DNA of 64,000 bases from Vermamoeba vermiformis (lineage: Eukaryota), in contig JBEWZL010000061.1 of the NCBI GenBank assembly GCA_045837725.1, positions 62,001 through 126,000 on the forward strand, in the 5' to 3' direction. The notes under the pieces were generated by a model. That model was not told where the DNA came from, ran no database searches, and saw nothing but the letters and a program-made list of their open reading frames with translations. Of the stretch, positions 24,979 to 37,291 are shown piece after piece; position 1 is the first letter of the stretch, and each line of letters starts with the position of its first letter. The position numbers and the translations under genes are program-made.

Positions 24979-26449
24979 TTATTTCTTCACGTGGGAGTTC
25001 AACCAAGCGAGTGACTCGGACAAAACGGTCTGCGAGATGCAGCAGTTAGAGGTGTGTAAAGTTGGTTGCAAAGTAATGAAAAATGTTATGCTTAATACTA
25101 AATGCCTTATACTTACGTCTTTAGCCTTGCCAGACAACAAATCGTGCATCTCGCCAGCAAGAGGTTTCAACGTTTTGTCTTCCGATCCGGACTTCTTGTG
25201 GAACTCAGCAACGTTTTTAGGGTTGATCTGCTTATCAGCATCGCCATAGAAGAATAAATAAGGAACCTATTAGAATAGGTCATTAATTAAGACAACTTTG
25301 AAGGGTTACGGTGTGGCACGCGTACCTTGAACTTGGATGCACTCTTCAAAGCATCGTTATTGGCCAACAAAACTTCAACGGAGGGTCTCATGATCATCTA
25401 CATAAAGGAATTAATATTATAGCAGCGTCTAAACGACAGCATTGTCCGTGTAACGAGATCGAAGACTAACGTACCTTCTCGTGCCACACCAAAGGATCAG
25501 CCTTGTATTGTTTCTCTATTCGTGCAATTTATTAACGCATGTCAAATTAATTTAATTCCTATATTTATATCAAAAAGGCTTCCATACCTGCTTCGGGATC
25601 GCTCGAAAAGGTTTCGTATTCAAGAGCTTTCAACTCTTTGTGAGGGCTCATAGCAGAAGCTGCCCTAATATTTGGAATAGATTAATATTCAGAAATGATA
25701 GCTAAGGCAGGCAGCTCGTGTCCAGTAGCCATTCAGGATCAGCTAGTGATTTCTTTCCTAGTTTGATTACTTACTTCGAGGCAGTAAAAGCAATTGTACC
25801 AACACCAGGTGCCATACCAACACCACTGCCTAATAAAAGGACGCCATCTACTTGCTTCTTGTGGTCCACAACGAAATTGACCGCGAATCCTCCGCCCATA
25901 GAAATTCTTTTCAAGAAATCGATTCAATTAATACTTTCGCTTTGGTATTTATATTTGGTTGCGTACCCGAAGAGAAAGCGCGGCAGATCTTTGTATTTGC
26001 CAACGACTTGTTCGAAATATTGATTGAAGTCTTCAAGTAAGTGTGAATATCGTTCAAAATATTGTTTTGATGCTCCTTTGCTTTTTCCGTGGCCTTATAA
26101 AAATTTTGTAAGCATTTAGAACGAACCGTAACGTGCGGATGTACTTACTTTCGTAATCGTGAGCGAAAACAGCATAACCATTTTCGGCGAAATATTGAGC
26201 AGCACGGGCGTGACGAGAGCTATGGTCGCCAAAGCCATGAAGGAAAAAGATCAGAGCTCTAGAAAATTTAGCCGTTAGAAAAATGCAATTAAATTTTATT
26301 TAGTGTATCTTTTGTAGTAATTCAAAAATATAATAACATTTCTTATTTAATTACTTGGGACTAGCAGGAACCCAGCTTTGAGTAAAGATCTCGTGTTTTC
26401 TTGCGTTTGTGAACGTAGATTCGGAGTGCGTGAATTTTGACTCAGCCAT
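24979..26449 (-). CDS. Alpha/beta hydrolase, monoacylglycerol lipase/lysophospholipase-like, multi-exon
   Basis: EIFTQSWVP, FFLHGFGDHSSRH, GHGKS, nucleophile elbow G-I-S-M-G-G, GDADKQI, catalytic His in GEMHDL. Confidence 0.88.
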
Positions 26450-26691
26450 ATTTCGTATCAAGTTACTTGTGTGCGAATAATAAACAAATTGCTATTGAAT
26501 AGCATAGCGAAACACGAACAAAAATTATTTGACATGTCATCAGACACACTGAAGCGATTTTAATTCTCTCTACGTGTTTATCATAACGGACTCGGAAAAT
26601 TAAAATGAAAACTTTAATTATAACCAAATTGTTAACAAAACAGTCAAAATGAATGAAAATGATCTGACGTGATCCAAAAATGGCAACAGAA

Positions 26692-27447
26692 TTATTTCTT
26701 CTGGAGGCTAGCAGCGATTGCGTAATCGTTTTTAAATGGCTCTAAGGCTTGATTCCACTTGACTTCACCTTTGCGGCAGACGGGACAAGGTACAGACTTG
26801 GTTAAATCATCGGATCTTTGAGCCCACGTCGTCAACAAGCGAGGGTAGCACATTGCGCACAACAAATCCGCGCTTGGGCAACCAGGGATAATGTGGCAGA
26901 ATACTGGCACTTGAGGTCGCAAGCACATTCCGCACTTAGGCTCAGCAATTTGTTGTAACACCTTGACTGGTTGAGAATGTTCTTCATAGGAATCGTTATC
27001 AGTCCTCCCCTTTTAAAAACACTCCTGTCGTACCTCTTTTAGCTTTGACTGGAAGCTTTTTTGTCGTTTTAGCTGGCGGATTTTGGGCTCGCATCTGATC
27101 AACAAAAAATCAGAACAGTGTAATTTGCTGGATAAAGATTACCTTCAATCGTCTCTTTTTGTGTTTCAAAACTAATTCAACCAGTTTTGAATCTCGTAAC
27201 TAGGGCAACTTATTAGATCTGATAATGTTTCTTATATCCGGTTGTTACTTACCTGCATTGTGCAGCGGTTGTCGATACGTTTCTGGTTAACTAACTCCTG
27301 GTAAAAGTCCGCACACTTTCTCCGAAAGCTCGGCCAGCAGGCAGGGTAAGGCTTCCTCACCTTGGCTCTTTCAGCCTTATTGAAGAACTTACACTGCGAA
27401 TGTTTGCGCCAAATAGGACGCTTGGATAACCTTCTCGTGGCTTCCAT
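26692..27447 (-). CDS. Hypothetical protein with C-terminal RING-like zinc finger (gene model uncertain)
   Basis: CGMC...C...LLCAMC...CPVC in ORF 26692-26961; upstream ORF 27232-27447 ends at a GTAAGT donor; the joining exons were not resolved. Confidence 0.45.
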
Positions 27448-27635
27448 TGCTTTGAGTTATAAATCTATCTTGTATGACATGGTTTAAATTTGAACAAATT
27501 CAAATCACGTGTCGGGAAATTTCCCCAACTCTCTATGTGTTTCAATTTCAGTTTTACGTGCTTTAAATGACTTACGACTACGGCTATTACCGATGTAAAA
27601 TCTAATATGGCTTTATTACATCAATTATGGTCCTG

Positions 27636-29312
27636 TTACTCGTCAACCAGTTGTCTCCACGAGTGTGCCAATAAAGCCTTGGATCCGGCTGGGACTTTGT
27701 CAGCGTATCTATATCAATACTTTTAGCTATGATACTTCGCAAGATTGCCTAATATGGTAGTTAAAACGTACCTGAATTCAAATGGGCCGTTCTCCATGAT
27801 GGGTCGTTCGAGTTGCCATTCGAATAAACAGCCCGAAGTGCTGCTCAAAAATGGATTCAATTCAATCACCCACAACTTGTCCAACTTATCGCCCGTCACG
27901 GCAAAGTCAATCACATAGCTGTTGAATCGGCTCTTTAACTTGGGATGAATTACATTCGCGTGGAACTCCCTGTCATAGGCACGTGTTAACGAGGTATAAT
28001 CTTGGTTGTATTAAGAGATATAATGAAACGTACCTAATGCGTGCAACAATCTCGTCTTTGAGGGGAATTAAATTCGGGTAATATACAATATAGTTGTATT
28101 GACTCAACGCATTCAAGGTGCCATTGTGGACAAATCCTCTGAACTCCTGTTCGTTTAAAAATAAAATTAATTACTCATAACCATAATATTAATATGATTA
28201 TAACGTACCATTTCTGGCTTAATATCAATCCACTTGCGAATAATAAAGTTTTGTTTGAATCTGTTCGGATGTTCGATCGCGATGGTCATGTCTTGATAAA
28301 CACGTTCTGAAATGCAAAAAGTATACAACAAGTCTGCTGCTGATGTTACCTAAACGTATTATAGTTAATATAGAGTAGACAAGGGTGGCAGAATAGAGAT
28401 CCGGATCTGCGCGTGGCACGTACTTTTAGCACTTCAACTGCCGCGTCTAATAAGCACATAATCTTCGTATTAACGCTATTATCTCCACGCTGCTTAAGCC
28501 TATCAAGATAAATGCCTTTGAACTTCTTGTCATATAATGATGTGTCTTTAGCGCTTCGGCAACTTGACTTGGCAAACACGGCCGGATCTGATCCTCGTAC
28601 TCTGTCAATACTTTCTTGGAGTTTCTATAATTATAATAATAATCAATATAATTGTAACAATAATACATTTATATTCGTTGATTGCTCTTGGCACCGAGAA
28701 TATTTTTGGATTCGGATGTGGTATTAAAAATGTACGAACCTTCTCGAGTGGCTTCAATTTTTCCCATACATCGTCTGATATTTTAGGTGTTTCTTTCAAT
28801 TTATCGACGTTTTGGGTCTGTTCGTAAGCTTGGATGAATGCCTTAGCGTCGTCAATGGTTAACGGCACAAACTCCGTTGGGAATGTTTCGTCTTTGATAA
28901 GGTCGTACCACTCTTCAACATTAATGTCTAGCACGGCTTGTTGATACTCGCCGACTTGATCCAGGGTCATAAAACCTAAAAGTGGTCAATACTCCAGATT
29001 GAGCATTTTTTTGCGTGATTTAATATTGAGAAGTGTATATTCGTATTCTATTAATTATTGGGCGTTGAAATATTCAAAATTGAGCGAATTAATTTATTTA
29101 AATAAATTCGAATTTGAATTTTGACTTTGGAATTCTGAGTTTCGTGTATCTATCTGCGATCAATAAAGTAATAGTAAATATATATTTTTGTCGTGCTTAC
29201 CACTTGTTTTCGGCTTAGATGCGTCGTGCGCAGTTTCGCCTTTCTTTAACTTGACATTTTTCAAGAGGGCAGAAAGACCACCCGAGCTTTCTTCGTTATT
29301 TTGTTCAGCCAT
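27636..29312 (-). CDS. Cdc123-like ATP-grasp protein with N-terminal WH2/actobindin-like peptide, multi-exon
   Basis: NVEEWYDLIKDETFPTEFVPL, FAKSSCRSAKD, EFRGFVHNGTLNALSQY, YVIDFA, VIELNPF..TSGCLFEW, GPFEFR; exon 1 MAEQNNEESSGGLSALLKNVKLKKGETAHDASKPKTS. Confidence 0.8.
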
Positions 29313-30028
29313 GTTGTTGTCTTAGTAATAATAATTGATATAAACATTCGTCGTTGATATTTTTAGTTTTATTGCTTTAGTTCGTTCGTTGAATTTCTGC
29401 TAATTAATCGCATCTGTTTTAACATCCACAATAGAGGAATTCTATGACTAAGCACAATGCAATACATTACATCGATCCGACAGCTCGCGAAGAGGAGCCA
29501 AAATCGGCAGCACGGGTTAAGATCGAAGATTTACTGGGTGAACAGTAACGGGAGCTGTAACTGGTATTAATAGGATATCCACCAAAAATATTTTTAGAAA
29601 ATGTGGCAAATTTTGAGGCCATTTTAAGCAAGACGTTTAGCTGCTCTCCTGTCCATTAATTAATTTTGTAAATCTGCTGCTAATTATTGTCCTGAACACA
29701 AACAACCCTAGAAAATAATGTCTAATAAGCAGACTCCACATGCACGAATAAAGTGAAGCAAAGAAGAACAAAGAAGAAGAGCAAATCCGTTTCGCAAGTC
29801 GAGAGGCCAACAATTCCGAACACATTGCCAAATAAGCACAAATCGTCAATGGTGGATTACATCGGTGGAATACTATTCCAATCTCCAAGACGCAGAAACA
29901 CGGGTGTTACATAATCCACATTAATCCGTGCGTGTCGATTGCCTTTTATGGTCATCGGAAAAATTAAGAAATGCAACTTTTGCCTATGCTTGGCAACTGC
30001 ATTATCCCACCAAAATCTCGTCAAAAAA

Positions 30029-30036
30029 TATAAATA
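30029..30036 (+). promoter_or_regulatory. Candidate TATA box of the ZP-like gene
   Basis: TATAAATA lies ~25-30 nt before the start of a long A/C-rich leader preceding the ATG at 30357. Confidence 0.5.
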
Positions 30037-30356
30037 GGGGTGCGGCAACGCTCAATTATTCAACCAAAACAATAGAGAGAACAACAACTCTCGAACCAAA
30101 AACACAGCGCAGGAATAAAATATCAAACAAGCTCTCAACGACAACTCGATCCGAAGAGTCTAACAGCTCATCATAAGAACAAGTAACAACGAAAGAACAA
30201 AAGAACTCACGAAGAACAAGAAGTAACGAAACCAGATTCGAACAACAACAGCGAAAGAAAGAACAAAAAAGTAACTCAGATCAAAACGAACACTCGAACA
30301 ACAACTCACAACAACAACAACTCGCAACACTCAACACTCGCTTAAATTAGCCTTTC

Positions 30357-32092
30357 ATGAACAAAGCCTGGATCCGTTTTCTTCTCGCCGCTCTTTGCGT
30401 GAGCGCAGTCTTCGCACAAACTTGTCTCTACAGTGACGGCACAACAGTCGCTGGCAAGAGCATCAATGGCCTGTGCAGCTGCTACTCGGGCTACTGGGGT
30501 GCTAATGGCTACGCTGACTGCACTCTCAAGGACGACCAATGCGCCTTCAACCCTGCTCCTCAAAACCTCCAAACCGGCTACATTCCCATCCTCGACGAAC
30601 AAGCCTCTGGTGCTAACAACGGTGAAATCACTCTCGTGATCCGCTCGCCTCTCGTCACCAACAGAATGGACGCCGCCATCGCCTTCCAAAACGGTGATGC
30701 CAGCTGCTCGTACCCTGGCAACTTGTGGGTGAAGAGCGTCACTCAGTGCAATGACACCTTCACTGTCGTCATGCCCATGTCTTCTGCCTCCCTGTGCGGC
30801 TGGACTCGTGACGAAGATGCCACTTACAGCTACATGCGCAGCATTTTGATCGTCTCTCAATACGACAACCTCGCTCTCCGTGGTGACCCCATCCTCCGTA
30901 CCACTCAATCCATCATTCGTGTTGAAGTCAGATTCCCCAAGAGAATTACTGTAAGTAGCTACGCGCTCGACGGAATAATTTCGATCGGAACATTTCTAAC
31001 GCACGTGCTTCTAAATATAGGTTACCTCTGAAATCAATGTGTTCAGCAGTGTCAACCTCTTGGCTGCGATCACGTTCCAAGCCTACGATCCCGTCTCTGG
31101 AACTGGTGCCCTCGAATACACTACCTCGTTGCAATATCCCTTCAAGATCTCCGACGTTATTGGCCTCATTGTAAGTGCATTCGATAACAAGTACTCGACG
31201 ACTAGTGCTCACCATATTGATACCATAGGTCCCCGCTCCCTTGGTCTCCAACTACTCTTTGACCGACATTAACTGCCCCGATACTCAAGGCGCTCCTTGC
31301 ACTCAACAGATCCGTCTTGTTTTGATCCCCAACGCCGCTTGCAAGTTGAACGGTGACTACAACATCACGACCTCGCTCATCTGCCGTGGTGACCAAGCCG
31401 CTTGTCCTTTGGATGCCAACACCAACACTGCCTTGATTGCCTCCAAGGTCGTCTCTGAAGACTTCTGCCAGATCGTTCGCTTCGACATTGACCTCAACGG
31501 TGCTTTGGAAGTCTACCAAGACGCTCAACACACCACCCCCAAGACTGCTTTCTTGCCCTCTCAAACCGCCTTCTTCTTGGCCACCGTCTGGTCCACCAAG
31601 GCTACCATCGTCTCCTCTGCCATCACTGATGTTGCCTACGCTCTTCCCGATGGTACTTCTCGCTCTCTCCTCGCCGCTGGTGACAACACTGCTCTCGGCA
31701 ATGCCAACCAATTCGCCTTGACTCCCAACAACGCCACCTCTGAGGGCTTCCAATTCGTCGTCTCTGTCGGTCAAACCACCAACGACATGTTCCCCGTCAA
31801 CATTGACGCCAACGCTCAATTCCAATTCAGCGCCACCGTTGAAGTCGAATGGCAAGGACTCAACACCCTCAGCACTGGCAAGCGTTTCGCTTTCAACTTT
31901 GCTCAAGCCAACGGTTTGCCTTCTGGCACTCAAGACAAGAAGTTCGACACCACCGTCGGCATTACTCCTTTGAACAACGTTGGTCAAACTCCTTCTGCCT
32001 CTGAGCCCTTGTCCAACCCTGCCTTCAGCAGTGCCTCAACTGTTGTTGCTTCTGTGGCCTCTGCCGCCGTTGCCTTGTTGGCTCTCTTCTAA
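30357..32092 (+). CDS. Secreted, probably GPI-anchored Cys-containing surface/coat protein (EGF-like N-terminus, ZP-like domains), 3 exons
   Basis: Signal peptide MNKAWIRFLLAALCVSAVFA; introns 30951-31020 and 31171-31228 restore the frame; CSCYSGYWG EGF-like motif; C-terminal SSAS + hydrophobic tail; strong bias to C/T-ending codons. Confidence 0.8.
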
Positions 32093-32194
32093 GCCAATTT
32101 TTGATTGTGAATACCTTGAATTGCGAATAAAACTCTATCTTAAAATTACATCTTGTAGTTAACTAAAAAATTTAGTATTTTACATTCGACACTA

Positions 32195-33355
32195 TCAAAA
32201 ACACTTTCTATGCACGACCTTAGCGCCACACTCTTCGTACTCTCTCTTGGTTATCCACTTATCTTGCATACTCGGCATCACTGCCAAACAAGATCCACCG
32301 ATCCACACGTTGTTCCTGCGTTCAGGAGTTCCAAGTACTTTGACAATTTTATCCGCCGGTGCCAGCACTAGCAATTCTTTGCGCAATCGTTCAGTCATGC
32401 CAGGGAACATCGTGTTGCCGCCAGCAAGGACAATGCTGCCGTAGAGATCTCTTCGCAACTGCAAATCATTCTCGCACTTTAAGATGGCGTTGTTAATGTG
32501 TTCGTGAATGCCAGCGGTCTCTAGCCCTATTAATGATGGCTGGAACAGAGCTTCAGGACAACGGAACCGCTCGCTGTTGACTTCGATTGGAACACCCATC
32601 TCGTCATGGTGTCGTACTAAAGTGTTGGTATTCGTGGCTGTAACTAACTCCTGTTCGTAGTCCAAGGCAACATAGCATAACTTCTCTTTAATGTCTCGGA
32701 CTATGCCTCGTTCAGCATCAGTTGAGCTTGTGATGCCACCGTCATTCAACATCTGCACCCAGTTGCCACGGTCATTCATTAGCTTCATCAGGTAATCTGT
32801 CAAATCACGGCCAGCGAGATCCAGACGCGTGATTGCGTGTTGGATGGCGTGGCCTTCGTACACGGGCACAATAGTTGTGACGCCATCGCCGGAGTCCAAT
32901 ACAACACCAGTGTGCCTATTGATCGCCAGGAGTGCCAAGACTGCTGGATTTGCCACGTACATTGCAGGCACTTCAAACTTCTCGAACATGATCTGCGTCA
33001 TTTTTTCTCTGTTCGGCTTGGGGTTCAACTGAGGTTCAGTGAGCAAGACCGCGTGTTCGTTAACAGATACGCGCAGCTCTCTATTGAAAGCATAGTCCCA
33101 CAGCTCTTCCATTACGTCCCAATCGTTGACGATCCCGCGCTCGACAGGGAAGAATAAGTCCAATACGTTGCGCATGGACAGGGCCTGATCGGCTACAAGT
33201 GGTACGCAATCACCCATGCCGAGTGTGGTACTGGTACGGCGGCGACCAACTACTGAAGGAAACACTCCACGAGGAAAATCGTCGCCAGCAAATCCAACCT
33301 TCATCTTGATCGATCCGTTGTCGATGACCAAGGGCTGAGATTCAGCGATTTCCAT
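32195..33355 (-). CDS. Divergent actin-like protein A1 (intronless, intact)
   Basis: 386-aa ORF with [50 protein letters not shown]. Confidence 0.92.
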   Translation of the reverse strand: MEIAESQPLVIDNGSIKMKVGFAGDDFPRGVFPSVVGRRRTSTTLGMGDCVPLVADQALSMRNVLDLFFPVERGIVNDWDVMEELWDYAFNRELRVSVNEHAVLLTEPQLNPKPNREKMTQIMFEKFEVPAMYVANPAVLALLAINRHTGVVLDSGDGVTTIVPVYEGHAIQHAITRLDLAGRDLTDYLMKLMNDRGNWVQMLNDGGITSSTDAERGIVRDIKEKLCYVALDYEQELVTATNTNTLVRHHDEMGVPIEVNSERFRCPEALFQPSLIGLETAGIHEHINNAILKCENDLQLRRDLYGSIVLAGGNTMFPGMTERLRKELLVLAPADKIVKVLGTPERRNNVWIGGSCLAVMPSMQDKWITKREYEECGAKVVHRKCF

Positions 33356-34609
33356 TTTAAAATATTCTTATAATTCCTAAATAGATAAATTAATCACTAT
33401 AACCGCGCTATCAAAGCATATTACTAAACTTAATTGAAAAAATTGTCTGACGATTTTAAGCATTATTAAAATTTCCTCTATTTACCAATAAATAAATTCT
33501 TTGTTTTTCTGATGGAATTTGTTGGGGGTTCGGCTATTTAATATCGGTGGTTCCTGTTTATAAAATAGTTTGAAACGTTTCTAAAATTAATTTACCAAAT
33601 ATAATTTTACCTAACCACGGGTTGCACGGTATGGTCGGGATGGGGTCTTGGTGCTATTGCAAAATACCAACTTCTCTCGCGTGCACGCAAAGACAAAACG
33701 GATTGTTGAAATTAAATCCCTGTTTTGTTGTTCTTTCCACGTTACAAATTAATCAATCAACTGAAATCATCGGTATTATTGTCCAGGACCGACGAGGCCA
33801 AGATTGACTGGTAATTTTTTGGTTAACGGCAACGCCCGAACTGAAACCAAATTTTTGGGTGTAATGTCTTTATCATTTGCCTTAAAATCAATACAACAAC
33901 CAAGCAATGAGCTATCCCCCATCTACCGTACAATACAACGGTATGACTATAAATACTGACATTAGAAATTTTGTCGCCACCTTCCCCTGGCTGGCTCCCT
34001 GGCTCACTAACCCCGCTACCCCCACTCTCCCCACCACTACCACCACTCCCACCACTCCCACGGAGCCACCTACCGCTCCCTCTGACCCCACCTTCGAGCT
34101 ATACAACATTTCCATGTAGTTCACGACCGGATGGCTTATTAAATGGAACAAGATAAGTTCCGACGGTTCCGAACCCAAAATGATATTATCATTGTAATTT
34201 ATATGTTGCAGAGGATAGAAATAAATTTTAAGGACTACTAATACAAACGCTGTAGTGTAGCCACGAAGATGGGCAACAAAAGAATGAGCCCTAAAACAAG
34301 GGCTTTGTGACCCATTTAACCCAGGTATGTTCTCGCTATTGTTCCGTACTTTAGGCGTTACAGGACCGAAAATAATATAAAATGGGGGTGAGAAAGCGTA
34401 ACAGCGGAGATTCGGTTAAAGATTTATTAACTTACGCAACCTAGAATCCGCTTCTTTAAAACAAAAGGAATGTCGGCCACTTGTAATTATTTGCACAACA
34501 ATAGTACTTCAAACGCTAAGCATTCTTAAACCAAAACCGAAAATGAATCTTTATTCTTCAAAACCAATTAACACATTAATGCAGGAGTTCTTGTTTTAAC
34601 CAGATGATT

Positions 34610-35736
34610 CTATATACATTTTCTATTTACAATCGTTGGGCCGCATTCGTCAAACTCGGCTTTGGTGATCCACATCCGCTCCATCGTTGACAAAGAAGCC
34701 AAAATTGAGCCACCGACCCACGCATTTAAATTGCGGTCAGGAGTGGCGCGAACATATGGTATCATATTATTATTATCAGTAACAAGAGCCCTCAATTCCT
34801 TTTGCAATCGCTCCTTCATACCAGGAAAGAACGCGTTCTTCTTGCCACCGGACAAAATGACGTTGCGGTAGAGGTACTGCTGCAGATCTTTGTCGCACTT
34901 CATGACGGCACTGTGAACGAGCTCGTGAATGCCTGCTGATTCTAAGCCCAACAGTGACGGCTGAAACATTGCTTCAGGACACCGGATGCCAGCATCGCCA
35001 ATGTTAATTCGATTGCCGTCAGGCATTTCATAAGCATTTTCAAAGTGAGGAGTCGCTGCTATAGATTGTAGCCTTGCTTCGAAGTCGTCGGCGACTGAGC
35101 AACACTTCTCTTTGATGTCATTGACGACGGTACGTGCCGTGGGTGCGGTGTCAAGTGTGTGCCCACGCTCGCTTAACAGTCTCGTCAAATACTCTGTCAA
35201 ATCTGCGCCTCCAATATCTAACCGCATGACGGCGTGCGTGATTGCGTGGCCGTCAACGATTGGAACGACGTAAGTTACACCAGCACCTGATTCGACTACC
35301 ACTCCAGTGATTGGACCAGTGGAGTACAGTGATAACACGGCCTGATTTGCCACGTACATTGCAGGCACTTCAAACTTCTCGAACATATCTGAGTCATCTT
35401 TTCTCTGTTAGGCTTGGGGTTCAACGGAGATTCGGTGAGCAGCACTGGATGCTCTGACGGGTTAACGCCAAGTGCAGTGTTGAAGGTATGTCGCCAAATC
35501 ATCTCCATATCGTCCCAGTTGTTGACAATGCCGCGCTCGATCGGATAGCTCAGATGCACTCTTCCGGAGTTGGCTAGTGCATCATTGCCGAAATAACAAG
35601 GATCGTTTGTTGACATCGGCGTTTGAGTACGTCCAATAATGGAAGGGAACTGTGAGAGAGGAGCATCGTCACCAGCAAATCCGGCTTTTATCGCGCTGGA
35701 TCCATTGTCGACTACCAAAGCTGGTATTTCTTCCAT
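34610..35736 (-). CDS. Divergent actin-like protein A2 (-1 frameshift at 35386/35387; pseudogene or sequence error)
   Basis: ORFs 35296-35742 and 34610-35386 join as MTQI|MFE; lacks one g relative to A4 (gaacatgatctgag). Confidence 0.85.
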
Positions 35737-36172
35737 AAGCACTAAATATTGAATTATTTAAATAAGTCAATAATATTTAAATGTTTTAATATCATAGAAA
35801 TTACAGTCTTTTCAACGAAAAAGCCTTGAACCCACTAAAGTTATTGGAATTGCATAAAAATCGAGGATTCTTGTGATCGATTAATTACTTGCACATTGAG
35901 ATGTAATAAATCATTAATTTAAAAACAGAAATCGAAGGCGGATGTGAGCTTGGCTTACCAGATAAAGACCCACAGCTACTCTGCAAACAGCAACCAACCA
36001 CTTAATTATACGAACAACCGCTGTTGTATACAATATTGAATTGCAAGCTGAAATGTGCTTGGTGCACGGAGACGAATTGGCAAGTCGCCGGATTTGAGTT
36101 TTCTGGACAATTGTTAGCGGTTTGATGGCGTTCAATGAACCGTTTGTATTGCATCTTCACCATGGATTGTAA

Positions 36173-37291
36173 TTACATTATCGCTTTCTGCTTACGGACC
36201 ACGGAAGGTCCACACTCGTCGTACTCTGCTTTGGTGATCCAAATCTGCTCCATAGACAACGAGCCCAAGATAGAACCACCGATCCAAACCGAACATTTGC
36301 GCTCAGGAGGTGCTACAATGCAGACCCTAGTATGTGCAGGAGCAAGAGCGGTCACCTCTTTTTGCAATCGTTCTGTCAGACCTTCGAACATGGCGTTACC
36401 ACCCGACAAAATAATATTGCCGTACAAGTCCTTATGACTACTGACATCGCACTTTGTGATTGATTTGTGAACGAGTTCGTGAATACCAGCTGTTTCTAGG
36501 CCTAGTAACGAAGGCTGAAACATTGCTTCCGTACATTTCACTCGTCCAGTGCCAATAAAGATCATATCGCCATCAGGTAGCTCATAGCCATTCGTTAAAC
36601 GAGTGTCATTCGCAATCGCTTGCATGTCGCGTTCAAAATCGTTGGCAACAACGCACTTCTTCTCTTTGATGTCTCGAACAATCTCGCGATCGGTCAACGT
36701 GTAGGGCTCGGATAATAGCTTAATCAAGTAGTCCGTAAGATCGCTGCCGCCAATATCTAGGCGCATGGTGGCGTGGTCTATAGCCTTGCCTTGAATGACA
36801 GGCACAACATTCGTCATTCCATCGCCCGACTCCAATATGAGGCCCGTTGTATGACCAGAAGCGCACATCGATAGCAGAGCCTGATTCGCTGCATACATTG
36901 CGGGCACATTGAATTTTTCGAACATGATCTGCGTCATCTTTTCTCTATTGGCTGCGGGGTTCAATGGAGGTTCGGTGAGCAGCACTGGTTGTGCCGCTGG
37001 ATCCACTTTGAGTTCTGTATGGTACATGAAATGCCAAATACTTTCCATATCATCCCAATTACTCACAATGCCGCGTTCAATTGGATGCGAAAAATTAACA
37101 TCTAACTTCCTCCGCTTGGCCATTGCGTAATCTCCGATATAAATTGTGCTCTGTTGTGCCGATGATGATAATCCCTTCGTGTCACGTGCAATAACAGTCG
37201 GGAAAATAGAACGAGGAACATCGTCGCCAGCAAATCCAGCTTTTATAACGCCAGATCCATTATCGACAACTATAGCAGATAAGTCTTCCAT
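36173..37291 (-). CDS. Divergent actin-like protein A3 (intact)
   Basis: Starts MEDLSAIVVDNGSG at 37291; full actin-fold motifs; altered C-terminus VVRKQKAIM. Confidence 0.9.
   Translation of the reverse strand: MEDLSAIVVDNGSGVIKAGFAGDDVPRSIFPTVIARDTKGLSSSAQQSTIYIGDYAMAKRRKLDVNFSHPIERGIVSNWDDMESIWHFMYHTELKVDPAAQPVLLTEPPLNPAANREKMTQIMFEKFNVPAMYAANQALLSMCASGHTTGLILESGDGMTNVVPVIQGKAIDHATMRLDIGGSDLTDYLIKLLSEPYTLTDREIVRDIKEKKCVVANDFERDMQAIANDTRLTNGYELPDGDMIFIGTGRVKCTEAMFQPSLLGLETAGIHELVHKSITKCDVSSHKDLYGNIILSGGNAMFEGLTERLQKEVTALAPAHTRVCIVAPPERKCSVWIGGSILGSLSMEQIWITKAEYDECGPSVVRKQKAIM

Noticed and set aside
30342-31987. Long antisense ORFs (188 aa and 261 aa) opposite the ZP-like gene
   Set aside because: Expected shadow of strong C/T-ending codon bias on the sense strand; no independent features.
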